Source of the DNA: a virus
Taxonomy: Duplodnaviria > Heunggongvirae > Uroviricota > Caudoviricetes
Direction: 5' to 3' (one strand)
Virus record (IMG/VR): IMGVR_UViG_2617270957_000009
Coordinates: 1-9,619 of that record
Length of the DNA: 9,619 nt
Below, one piece after another: positions 1 through 8,242 of the stretch. The notes beneath the pieces were generated by a model. The model saw nothing but the letters and a program-made list of their open reading frames with translations. It was not told the origin of the DNA and did no database searches. Numbering within the stretch: the stretch's first letter is position 1; each line of letters begins with the position of its first letter. The position numbers and the translations under genes are program-made.

Positions 1-687
1 CGGCAGGAAACACTGAATGAATGCACCCGTGCGGAGCAGTCGGCCAGCGTGGTGCTCTGGGAAATCGATCTGACAGAGGTCGGTGGAGAACGTTATTTTT
101 TCTGTAATGAGCAGAACGAAAAAGGTGAGCCGGTCACCTGGCAGGGGCGACAGTATCAGCCGTATCCCATTCAGGGGAGTGGTTTTGAACTGAATGGCAA
201 AGGCACCAGTACGCGCCCCACGCTGACGGTTTCTAACCTGTACGGTATGGTCACCGGGATGGCGGAAGATCTGCAGAGTCTGGTCGGCGGAACGGTGGTC
301 CGGCGTAAGGTTTACGCCCGTTTTCTGGATGCGGTGAACTTCGTCAACGGAAACAGTTACGCCGATCCGGAGCAGGAGGTGATCAGCCGCTGGCGCATTG
401 AGCAGTGCAGCGAACTGAGCGCGGTGAGTGCCTCCTTTGTACTGTCCACGCCGACGGAAACGGATGGCGCTGTTTTTCCGGGACGTATCATGCTGGCCAA
501 CACCTGCACCTGGACCTATCGCGGCGATGAGTGCGGTTATCACGGTCCGGCGGTCGCGGATGAATATGACCAGCCAACGTCCGATATCACGAAGGATAAA
601 TGCAGCAAATGCCTGAGCGGTTGTAAGTTCCGCAATAACGTCGGCAACTTTGGCGGCTTCCTTTCCATTAACAAACTTTCGCAGTAA
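1..687 (+). CDS. L: Tail tip protein L, 3' portion (5' end lies upstream of the window)
   Basis: The frame is open from nt 1 (RQETLNECTRAEQSASVVLWEIDLTEVGGERYFFC...) to TAA at 685-687. The translation matches my recollection of phage lambda gpL almost residue for residue, including the Cys-rich C-terminus (CSKCLSGCKF). The ORF track's Met at 49 is internal; the real start is upstream of the window. Confidence 0.93.
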   Translation, partial: RQETLNECTRAEQSASVVLWEIDLTEVGGERYFFCNEQNEKGEPVTWQGRQYQPYPIQGSGFELNGKGTSTRPTLTVSNLYGMVTGMAEDLQSLVGGTVVRRKVYARFLDAVNFVNGNSYADPEQEVISRWRIEQCSELSAVSASFVLSTPTETDGAVFPGRIMLANTCTWTYRGDECGYHGPAVADEYDQPTSDITKDKCSKCLSGCKFRNNVGNFGGFLSINKLSQ

Positions 688-692
688 ATCCC

Positions 693-1436
693 ATGACACA
701 GACAGAATCAGCGATTCTGGCGCACGCCCGGCGATGTGCGCCAGCGGAGTCGTGCGGCTTCGTGGTAAGCACGCCGGAGGGGGAAAGATATTTCCCCTGC
801 GTGAATATCTCCGGTGAGCCGGAGGCGTATTTCCGTATGTCGCCGGAAGACTGGCTGCAGGCAGAAATGCAGGGTGAGATTGTGGCGCTGGTCCACAGCC
901 ACCCCGGTGGTCTGCCCTGGCTGAGTGAGGCCGACCGGCGGCTGCAGGTGCAGAGTGATTTGCCGTGGTGGCTGGTCTGCCGGGGGACGATTCATAAGTT
1001 CCGCTGTGTGCCGCATCTCACCGGGCGGCGCTTTGAGCACGGTGTGACGGACTGTTACACACTGTTCCGGGATGCTTATCATCTGGCGGGGATTGAGATG
1101 CCGGACTTTCATCGTGAGGATGACTGGTGGCGTAACGGCCAGAATCTCTATCTGGATAATCTGGAGGCGACGGGGCTGTATCAGGTGCCGTTGTCAGCGG
1201 CACAGCCGGGCGATGTGCTGCTGTGCTGTTTTGGTTCATCGGTGCCGAATCACGCCGCAATTTACTGCGGCGACGGCGAGCTGCTGCACCATATTCCTGA
1301 ACAACTGAGCAAACGAGAGAGGTACACCGACAAATGGCAGCGACGCACACACTCCCTCTGGCGTCACCGGGCATGGCACGCATCTGCCTTTACGGGGATT
1401 TACAACGATTTGGCCGCCGCATCGATCTTCGTGTGA
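693..1436 (+). CDS. K: Tail tip assembly protein K (N-terminal JAMM/MPN metalloprotease-like domain plus C-terminal NlpC/P60 cysteine peptidase-like domain)
   Basis: 247-aa ORF starting 6 nt after the L stop. It carries a JAMM motif, H-x-H-x7-S-x2-D, in VHSHPGGLPWLSEAD (His codon at 894-896), and NlpC/P60-type Cys/His residues (TDCYTLF, PNHAAIY, LLHH). An alternative internal ATG at 837 would give 199 aa but would remove the N-terminal part of the MPN fold. No clear Shine-Dalgarno precedes 693, so the start is probably coupled to L. Confidence 0.88.
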   Translation: MTQTESAILAHARRCAPAESCGFVVSTPEGERYFPCVNISGEPEAYFRMSPEDWLQAEMQGEIVALVHSHPGGLPWLSEADRRLQVQSDLPWWLVCRGTIHKFRCVPHLTGRRFEHGVTDCYTLFRDAYHLAGIEMPDFHREDDWWRNGQNLYLDNLEATGLYQVPLSAAQPGDVLLCCFGSSVPNHAAIYCGDGELLHHIPEQLSKRERYTDKWQRRTHSLWRHRAWHASAFTGIYNDLAAASIFV

Positions 1437-2005
1437 AAACGGGGGCTGAAGCCATCCGGGCACTGGCCACACAGCTCCCGGCGTTTCGTCAGAAACTGAG
1501 CGACGGCTGGTATCAGGTACGGATTGCCGGGCGGGATGTCAGCACGTCCGGATTAACGGCGCAGTTACATGAGACTCTGCCTGATGGCGCTGTGATTCAT
1601 ATTGTTCCCAGAGTCGCCGGGGCCAAGTCAGGTGGCGTATTCCAGATTGTCCTGGGGGCTGCCGCCATTGCCGGATCATTCTTTACCGCCGGAGCCACCC
1701 TTGCAGCATGGGGGGCAGCCATTGGGACCGGTGGTATGACCGGCATCCTGTTTTCTCTCGGTGCCAGTATGGTGCTCGGTGGTGTGGCGCAGATGCTGGC
1801 ACCGAAAGCCAGGACGCCCACAGCGACCAGCACGGATAACGGTAAGCAGAACACGTATTTCTCTTCACTGGATAACATGGTTGCCCAGGGCAATGTTCTG
1901 CCTGTTCTGTACGGTGAAATGCGCGTGGGGTCACGCGTGGTTTCTCAGGAGATCAGCACGGCAGACGAAGGGGACGGTGGTCAGGTTGTGGTGATTGGTC
2001 GCTGA
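1334..2005 (+). CDS. I: Tail tip assembly protein I
   Basis: 223-aa ORF with an N-terminal ubiquitin-like region and a Gly/Ala-rich hydrophobic segment (GGVFQIVLGAAAIAGSFFTAGATLAAWGAAIGTGG). Its position between K and J, and its 103-nt out-of-frame overlap with the 3' end of K, match the lambda arrangement. Confidence 0.9.
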   Translation: MAATHTLPLASPGMARICLYGDLQRFGRRIDLRVKTGAEAIRALATQLPAFRQKLSDGWYQVRIAGRDVSTSGLTAQLHETLPDGAVIHIVPRVAGAKSGGVFQIVLGAAAIAGSFFTAGATLAAWGAAIGTGGMTGILFSLGASMVLGGVAQMLAPKARTPTATSTDNGKQNTYFSSLDNMVAQGNVLPVLYGEMRVGSRVVSQEISTADEGDGGQVVVIGR

Positions 2006-2023
2006 TGCAAAATGTTTTATGTG

Positions 2024-2044
2024 AAACCGCCTCCGGGCGGTTTT
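2024..2044 (+). other. Stem-loop in the I-J intergenic region (possible attenuator or RNA stability element)
   Basis: AAACCGCC-TCCG-GGCGGTTTT forms an 8-bp GC-rich stem with a 4-nt loop and a short T run. It sits inside the late operon between I and J, so it is unlikely to be a full terminator. The J ribosome-binding site (GGAG, GAGGA) follows at 2053-2065. Confidence 0.35.
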
Positions 2045-2065
2045 GTCGTTTATGGAGCGTGAGGA

Positions 2066-5000
2066 ATGGGTAAAGGCAGCAGTAAGGGGCATACCCCGCG
2101 CGAAGCAAAGGACAACCTGAAGTCCACGCAGTTGCTGAGTGTGATCGATGCCATCAGCGAAGGGCCGGTTGAAGGTCCGGTGGATGGATTAAAAAGCGTG
2201 CTGCTGAACAGTACACCGGTGCTGGACAGTGAGGGAAATACCAACATCTCCGGCGTCACGGTGGTGTTCCGGGCAGGTGAGCAGGAACAGACACCGCCGG
2301 AGGGATTTGAATCATCAGGTTCCGAGACGGTACTGGGTACGGAAGTGAAATACGACACGCCGATCACCCACACCATTACGTCTGCAAACATCGACCGTCT
2401 GCGCTTTACCTTCGGTGTGCAGGCACTGGTGGAAACCACTTCAAAGGGGGACCGTAATCCATCGGAAGTCCGCCTGCTGGTTCAGATACAGCGTAACGGT
2501 GGCTGGGTGACGGAAAAAGACATCACCATTAAGGGCAAAACCACCTCGCAGTATCTGGCCTCGGTGGTGGTGGATAACCTGCCTCCGCGCCCGTTCAACA
2601 TCCGGATGCGCAGGATGACGCCGGACAGCACCACAGACCAGCTGCAGAACAAAACGCTCTGGTCGTCATACACCGAAATCATCGATGTGAAACAGTGCTA
2701 CCCGAACACGGCACTGGTCGGCGTGCAGGTGGACTCGGAACAGTTCGGCAGCCAGCAGGTGAGCCGTAATTATCATCTTCGCGGGCGCATTCTGCAGGTG
2801 CCGTCGAACTATAACCCGCAGACGCGGCAATACAGCGGTATCTGGGACGGGACGTTTAAACCGGCATACAGCAACAACATGGCCTGGTGTCTGTGGGATA
2901 TGCTGACCCACCCGCGCTACGGCATGGGTAAACGTCTTGGTGCGGCAGATGTGGATAAATGGGCGCTGTATGTCATCGGCCAGAATTGCGACCAGTCGGT
3001 GCCGGACGGTTTTGGCGGCACGGAGCCGCGCATCACCTGTAATGCGTACCTGACCACACAGCGCAAGGCGTGGGATGTGCTCAGTGATTTTTGCTCGGCG
3101 ATGCGCTGTATGCCGGTATGGAACGGGCAGACGCTGACATTCGTGCAGGACCGACCGTCGGATAAGGTGTGGACCTATAACCGCAGTAATGTGGTGATGC
3201 CGGATGATGGCGCGCCGTTCCGCTACAGCTTCAGCGCCCTGAAGGACCGCCATAATGCCGTTGAGGTGAACTGGATTGACCCGGATAACGGCTGGGAGAC
3301 GGCGACAGAGCTTGTGGAGGACACGCAGGCCATTGCCCGTTACGGTCGTAACGTCACGAAGATGGATGCCTTTGGCTGTACCAGTCGGGGGCAGGCACAC
3401 CGCGCCGGGCTGTGGCTGATTAAAACGGAGCTGCTGGAAACGCAGACCGTGGACTTCAGCGTGGGCGCAGAAGGGCTTCGCCATGTACCGGGCGATGTCA
3501 TTGAAATCTGCGATGATGACTATGCGGGTATCAGCATCGGCGGGCGCGTGCTGGCGGTGAACAGCCAGGCGCGGACACTGACGCTCGACCGTGAAATCAT
3601 GCTGCCATCCTCCGGCACCACGCTGATAAGCCTGGTTGACGGAAATGGCAATCCGGTCAGCGTGGAGGTCCAGTCCGTCACCGACGGCGTGAAGGTGAAA
3701 GTGAGCCGTGTTCCTGACGGCGTTGCCGGATACAGCGTGTGGGGACTGAAGCTGCCGACGCTGCGCCAGCGCCTGTTCCGCTGCGTGAGTATCCGTGAGA
3801 ACGACGACGGCACGTATGCCATCACCGCCGTGCAGCATGTACCGGCAAAAGAGGCCATCGTGGATAACGGGGCGCACTTTGACGGCGACCAGAGCGGCAC
3901 GGTGAATGGTGTCACGCCGCCAGCAGTGCAGCACCTGACTGCCGAAGTCACCGCAGACAGCGGGGAGTATCAGGTACTGGCCCGCTGGGACACGCCGAAG
4001 GTGGTGAAGGGCGTAAGTTTCATGCTTCGCCTGACCGTGGCAGCGGATGACGGCAGTGAGCGGCTGGTCAGCACAGCCCGGACGGCGGAAACCACATACC
4101 GCTTCACACAACTGGCGCTGGGGAACTACAGGCTGACAGTCCGGGCAGTAAATGCGTGGGGGCAGCAGGGCGATCCGGCATCGGTATCGTTCCGGATTGC
4201 CGCACCGGCAGCGCCGTCGCAGATTGAGCTGACACCGGGGTATTTTCAGATAACCGCCACGCCGCATCTTGCGGTTTATGATCCGACGGTACAGTTTGAG
4301 TTCTGGTTCTCGGAAAAGCGGATTGCGGATATCAGGCAGGTTGAAACCACAGCACGCTATCTTGGCACGGCGCTGTACTGGATAGCCGCCAGTATCAATA
4401 TCAAACCGGGCCATGATTATTATTTTTACATCCGCAGTGTGAACACCGTTGGCAAATCGGCATTTGTGGAGGCTGTTGGCCAGCCGAGTGATGATGCATC
4501 CGGCTATCTGAATTTTTTCAAAGGAGAGATAGGGAAAACCCATCTGGCTCAGGAGTTGTGGACGCAGATTGATAACGGTCAGCTTGCGCCTGACCTGGCT
4601 GAAATCAGGACGTCCATTACGGGTGTCAGCAATGAAATCACGCAGACCGTCAATAAGAAACTGGAAGACCAGAGTGCAGCGATCCAGCAGATACAGAAGG
4701 TTCAGGTTGATACAAATAATAATCTGAACAGCATGTGGGCTGTGAAGCTGCAGCAGATGCAGGATGGACGCCTTTATATTGCGGGTATCGGTGCCGGTAT
4801 TGAGAACACCCCTGACGGCATGCAGAGTCAGGTGCTGCTGGCGGCGGACAGGATTGCGATGGTTAATCCTGCGAATGGCAACACAAAACCGATGTTTGTT
4901 GGTCAGGGCGATCAGATATTCATGAACGACGTGTTCCTGAAACGCCTGACGGCCCCCACCATTACCAGCGGTGGAAATCCACCGGCATTTTCCCTGACAC

Positions 5001-5548
5001 CGGACGGGCGGCTGACGGCGAAAAATGCCGATATCAGCGGTAACGTGAATGCGAACTCCGGGACGCTCAACAACGTCACGATTAACGAGAACTGTCGGAT
5101 TCTGGGAAAACTGTCAGCTAACCAGATTGAAGGTGATATTGTCAAAACGGTGGGAAAAGCCTTTCCGAGAAATGGCAGTTATGCCAGCGGTACAATAACG
5201 GTCACTGTGTACGATGACCAGGCTTTTGACCGTCAGATAGTAGTCCCCCCCGTTCTGTTTCGCGGTGGTAAGCATGAAAACTTCAACAGCAACAACCAAC
5301 AGTCATACTGGTATTCAACCTGTAAGCTGCAGGTGCTGAAGAACGGACAGGAAATCTTTCAGCAACCCGCGACGGATGTCAGCAGGGTATTTTCATCAGT
5401 CATTGATATGCCTGCCGGACACGGCCATGTCACCCTGACTTTCAATGTTTCTTCATATGGTGCAAATAACTGGACGCCAACGACCAGTATCAGCGACCTT
5501 CTTGTTGTCGTGATGAAGAAATCAACAGCCGGTATCAGTATCAGTTGA
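2066..5548 (+). CDS. J: Central tail fibre / host specificity protein J
   Basis: 1160-aa ORF with a strong RBS (GAGGA 5 nt before ATG). The N-terminal roughly 800 aa match my recollection of lambda gpJ ([34 protein letters not shown]...), including a fibronectin-III-like segment. The C-terminal roughly 350 aa are a mosaic of conserved islands ([38 protein letters not shown]) and divergent stretches. Stop is TGA at 5546-5548. Confidence 0.95.
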   Translation: MGKGSSKGHTPREAKDNLKSTQLLSVIDAISEGPVEGPVDGLKSVLLNSTPVLDSEGNTNISGVTVVFRAGEQEQTPPEGFESSGSETVLGTEVKYDTPITHTITSANIDRLRFTFGVQALVETTSKGDRNPSEVRLLVQIQRNGGWVTEKDITIKGKTTSQYLASVVVDNLPPRPFNIRMRRMTPDSTTDQLQNKTLWSSYTEIIDVKQCYPNTALVGVQVDSEQFGSQQVSRNYHLRGRILQVPSNYNPQTRQYSGIWDGTFKPAYSNNMAWCLWDMLTHPRYGMGKRLGAADVDKWALYVIGQNCDQSVPDGFGGTEPRITCNAYLTTQRKAWDVLSDFCSAMRCMPVWNGQTLTFVQDRPSDKVWTYNRSNVVMPDDGAPFRYSFSALKDRHNAVEVNWIDPDNGWETATELVEDTQAIARYGRNVTKMDAFGCTSRGQAHRAGLWLIKTELLETQTVDFSVGAEGLRHVPGDVIEICDDDYAGISIGGRVLAVNSQARTLTLDREIMLPSSGTTLISLVDGNGNPVSVEVQSVTDGVKVKVSRVPDGVAGYSVWGLKLPTLRQRLFRCVSIRENDDGTYAITAVQHVPAKEAIVDNGAHFDGDQSGTVNGVTPPAVQHLTAEVTADSGEYQVLARWDTPKVVKGVSFMLRLTVAADDGSERLVSTARTAETTYRFTQLALGNYRLTVRAVNAWGQQGDPASVSFRIAAPAAPSQIELTPGYFQITATPHLAVYDPTVQFEFWFSEKRIADIRQVETTARYLGTALYWIAASINIKPGHDYYFYIRSVNTVGKSAFVEAVGQPSDDASGYLNFFKGEIGKTHLAQELWTQIDNGQLAPDLAEIRTSITGVSNEITQTVNKKLEDQSAAIQQIQKVQVDTNNNLNSMWAVKLQQMQDGRLYIAGIGAGIENTPDGMQSQVLLAADRIAMVNPANGNTKPMFVGQGDQIFMNDVFLKRLTAPTITSGGNPPAFSLTPDGRLTAKNADISGNVNANSGTLNNVTINENCRILGKLSANQIEGDIVKTVGKAFPRNGSYASGTITVTVYDDQAFDRQIVVPPVLFRGGKHENFNSNNQQSYWYSTCKLQVLKNGQEIFQQPATDVSRVFSSVIDMPAGHGHVTLTFNVSSYGANNWTPTTSISDLLVVVMKKSTAGISIS

Positions 5549-5565
5549 ATTTTAAAACCCAAATT

Positions 5566-5593
5566 CGGGCACCAGAAATGGTGCCTTTTTTAT
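5566..5593 (+). terminator. Rho-independent terminator downstream of J
   Basis: Stem GGCACC (5568-5573) / GGTGCC (5580-5585) with loop AGAAAT, followed by TTTTTTATTT, 20 nt after the J stop. Confidence 0.7.
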
Positions 5594-5606
5594 TTGTGGA
5601 GTGAAT

Positions 5607-7961
5607 ATGGCAGTACAGATTTCAGGTGTGCTGAAAGACGGTGCAGGAAAACCGATACAGAACTGCACCATTCAGCTCAAAGCAAAACGTAACAGCACCA
5701 CGGTTGTGGTAAACACGGTGGCCTCAGAAAATCCGGATGAAGCCGGACGTTACAGCATGGATGTCGAGTATGGCCAGTACAGCGTTATCCTGCTGGTTGA
5801 AGGTTTTCCGCCTTCACATGCCGGGACCATTACCGTCTATGAAGGTTCCAGTCCGGGGACGCTGAATGATTTTCTCGGTGCCATGACGGAAGATGATGTC
5901 ATGCCGGAGGCATTGCGTCGTTTTGAGGCAATGGTGGAAGAAGCGGCACGCAACGCCGAAGCCGCCTCTCAGAGCGCAGCGGCGGCAAAGAAATCCGAAA
6001 CTGCAGCGGCATCATCGAAGAACGCGGCGAAAACCTCAGAAACGAATGCAGCTAATAGTGCACAGGCGGCAGCGACCTCACAGACTGCATCGGCAAACTC
6101 CGCGACAGCAGCCAAAAAATCAGAAACCAACGCGAAAAATAGCGAGACAGCCGCAAAGACGAGTGAAATCAACGCAAAGTCCAGCCAGACGGCAGCGAAG
6201 ACCAGCGAAACGAATGCCAAAGCCAGTGAAACTGCGGCGAAAAGCAGTCAAGCTGCAGCAGCCGAAAGCGAGAGTGTTGCAGCCGGTTCTGCGACTTCAG
6301 CAGCTGGATCAGCAACTGCTGCGGCTAACAGCCAGAAAGCTGCGAAGACGAGTGAAACTAACGCAAAGTCCAGCCAGACGGCAGCGAAGACCAGCGAAAC
6401 GAATGCCAAAGCCAGCGAAACTGCGGCGAAAAACAGTCAGGATGCAGCAGCCGAAAGCGAGAGTGCTGCAGCTGGTTCTGCAACAGCGGCAGCTAATAGC
6501 CAAAAAGCTGCAAAAGCCAGTGAAACTAACGCAAAGACGAGTGAAACAAAAGCAGCAGCTAGCGAGACAGAAGCAACGTCAGCCGCAACAAGAGCAGAGA
6601 ATGCAGCCCGGATTGCAGAAGATGCCGCTGATCCTGCTTCTGTCCCTCCGCTTCCTGATATCTGGCTACCCATGAATGATTCTCTGGAAGCGATAACAGG
6701 GTATGCCCCGGGCTATAAAACAATAACCATCGGCAGTGATGAAATAACAATGCCTGTTAATGGCATATGCCAATTTAGCCGGGCTTCATCTGCAACGTAT
6801 ATTGATAAGTCAGGGCATATTACCGTGGCAGGGAATAACGTTCCTCGTTTTGAAAAATATGGTTTGCTGATAGAGAATCAGCGAACAAACATGTTCGTAA
6901 ATAGTTTTAATCCTGATGCCTGGAATAAAAGCGGTGGTATATCTGTAACATCATCAACAGATGAATTTGAGTTTAAATATGGACGTTTCACAGTAGGAAG
7001 CGACATAGCAGGAACGACAACAGGGAGAAATATATGCACAGTTGCTGGTAATAAAGGCATAGATGTGACTGGCGATGATCAGTACAGTAAAGGTCCGTAT
7101 GTTACCGCGTCGTTCAGGGTAAGAAGTGATCTCAATGTTCGCGCACGTATCCGTTTTGAACGGTATAACTCGGAAGGATACACTTTCCTTTGTGACGCCT
7201 ATTTGTCATTACAGACCCATGAACTACAAATTACGGGTGGTAATGCCCAGCTATTAACAGCAAACTTTGAAATCGATCCAGGTAGTGGATGGATATATTT
7301 TCAGGCAACCCTGAAATGTTTGCCAGAATGGGGAATGGTTGGTACGCAGTTGCAAATTGCAGCCGACAGAGCTGTGGGGTCTTTTGCAACAGGTGACTGG
7401 ATAGAAGTAACCACCCCGCAATTTGAGTATGGTGCTTGTGCAACTTCCTTTATCATAACGACAACAGAGCCAGCTACTCGTGCATCAGATTTATGTAAAT
7501 TTCCGCTGATGAAAAATATGTATACCATGCCTTTTACGTTCATGGTGGAAGTCCATAAAAACTGGTTTATTTCTCATAATGCTGCACCGCGTGTCATTGA
7601 TTCAGAAAATCACCAGTCCGGGGGCCCATTTATTATGGGGTTTGGTTCTTCTGGAACTATCAGTCAGGACGGTTATTCGTATTGCGATATAGGCGGGGCT
7701 AACCGACGTGTATATGAGTCATGCGGAGTAAGAGATCTCGTTATGGGATTCAGGGTTAAGGCTGACGGCATGACATGCTCATTTGCAAATAAGCATATAA
7801 GCACAGAAACAAAAACAGTATGGAAATATATTCGTGAAGCTGCTGTGATTCGTATCGGGGGACAAACGACGACAGGATTACGACACCTTAATGGTCATAT
7901 AAAAAACCTCCGTTTCTGGAACAGAGCATTGTCAGATACGCAGCTTAAGGAATACGTATAA
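5607..7961 (+). CDS. stf: Side tail fibre protein (lambda Stf-like N-terminus, Ala/Ser-rich repeat shaft, LamG/concanavalin A-like C-terminal domain)
   Basis: The ORF track starts at GTG 5601, but ATG 5607 with GGAG at 5598-5601 (5-nt spacer) is the better start, giving MAVQISGVLKDGAGKPIQNCTIQLKAKRNSTTVVVNTV..., which matches the conserved N-terminus of lambda Stf. The middle is repetitive (AAKTSETNAK...). The C-terminus ends in ...IRIGGQTTTGLRHLNGHIKNLRFWNRALSDTQLKEYV, typical of the final strands of LamG-type jelly-roll domains. Stop is TAA at 7959-7961. Length is 784 aa from ATG 5607. Confidence 0.88.
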   Translation: MAVQISGVLKDGAGKPIQNCTIQLKAKRNSTTVVVNTVASENPDEAGRYSMDVEYGQYSVILLVEGFPPSHAGTITVYEGSSPGTLNDFLGAMTEDDVMPEALRRFEAMVEEAARNAEAASQSAAAAKKSETAAASSKNAAKTSETNAANSAQAAATSQTASANSATAAKKSETNAKNSETAAKTSEINAKSSQTAAKTSETNAKASETAAKSSQAAAAESESVAAGSATSAAGSATAAANSQKAAKTSETNAKSSQTAAKTSETNAKASETAAKNSQDAAAESESAAAGSATAAANSQKAAKASETNAKTSETKAAASETEATSAATRAENAARIAEDAADPASVPPLPDIWLPMNDSLEAITGYAPGYKTITIGSDEITMPVNGICQFSRASSATYIDKSGHITVAGNNVPRFEKYGLLIENQRTNMFVNSFNPDAWNKSGGISVTSSTDEFEFKYGRFTVGSDIAGTTTGRNICTVAGNKGIDVTGDDQYSKGPYVTASFRVRSDLNVRARIRFERYNSEGYTFLCDAYLSLQTHELQITGGNAQLLTANFEIDPGSGWIYFQATLKCLPEWGMVGTQLQIAADRAVGSFATGDWIEVTTPQFEYGACATSFIITTTEPATRASDLCKFPLMKNMYTMPFTFMVEVHKNWFISHNAAPRVIDSENHQSGGPFIMGFGSSGTISQDGYSYCDIGGANRRVYESCGVRDLVMGFRVKADGMTCSFANKHISTETKTVWKYIREAAVIRIGGQTTTGLRHLNGHIKNLRFWNRALSDTQLKEYV
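6156..6512 (+). repeat. In-frame near-perfect tandem duplication (189-nt unit = 63 aa) inside the stf shaft region
   Basis: Copy 1 at 6156-6344 and copy 2 at 6345-6512 are almost identical at nucleotide level (AAGACGAGTGAAA.CAACGCAAAGTCCAGCCAGACGGCAGCGAAGACCAGCGAAACGAATGCCAAAGCCAG...). Copy 2 lacks a 21-nt segment (GSATSAAGSATAAANSQ versus GSATAAANSQ). Degenerate shorter units encoding AAK(T/S)SETNA extend from about 5985 to about 6570. Confidence 0.85.
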
Positions 7962-8230
7962 TGCGGGATATAACATTACGATTCGATAACAGAGAACAGT
8001 TTAACGCAATTGTATATGACAGTGGCCTGTTCAGTCTTGAAGAAGAAAACGGGGTTCTTGTTGATGTTATTGGCTGCATTATCGATTACGAGGAGCCAGA
8101 AAACGAAAGATGTACAGGCATTGATCGCGGTGGTTTTTTCGTAAACATGAGGATTGTTGATAGCAGTAAAAACATATCTTCTTTAATGCCTTTCATTACG
8201 ACAGATCAGCATGTAAGGACATGGGCTTAA
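7961..8230 (+). CDS. Hypothetical small acidic protein (89 aa), translationally coupled to stf; function unknown
   Basis: Its ATG at 7961-7963 overlaps the stf stop codon (TAATG), and AAGGAA lies 8 nt upstream. The ORF is A+T-rich and acidic (MRDITLRFDNREQFNAIVYDSGLFSLEEENGVLVDVIGCIIDYEEPENER...). I recognise no motif. It does not resemble lambda-type Tfa. Confidence 0.6.
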   Translation: MRDITLRFDNREQFNAIVYDSGLFSLEEENGVLVDVIGCIIDYEEPENERCTGIDRGGFFVNMRIVDSSKNISSLMPFITTDQHVRTWA

Positions 8231-8242
8231 TGGAGTAAGACA

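Noticed and set aside
428-1472. Short overlapping ORFs inside L, K and I (428-616 +, 708-1112 -, 1018-1383 -, 1072-1308 +, 1236-1472 -)
   Set aside because: All are embedded in or antisense to L/K/I, which match known tail proteins. None has independent support.
2666-4543. 625-aa ORF on the minus strand, antisense to J
   Set aside because: It lies wholly inside the well-supported J gene in a GC-rich region where long antisense ORFs arise by chance. Its composition is Arg/Ala/Cys/His-rich, with no start context or recognisable domain.
5985-6570. Possible CRISPR-like or other non-coding repeat array
   Set aside because: The repeats are in-frame coding repeats of a fibre shaft with no spacer-repeat architecture; they are tandem, not interspaced.
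5969-6673. Minus-strand ORFs 5969-6220, 6309-6503 and 6437-6673 antisense to the stf repeats
   Set aside because: They are low-complexity Ala/Phe/Ser translations of the repeat in reverse, with no RBS; they overlap a supported CDS.
5893-6675. 260-aa highly basic (Arg/Lys/Gln-rich) ORF in an alternative + frame across the stf repeat region
   Set aside because: It is a frame artefact of the Ala/Ser/Thr-rich repeats (GCN/AGC codons read out of frame). The in-frame Stf product has clear homology and continuity.
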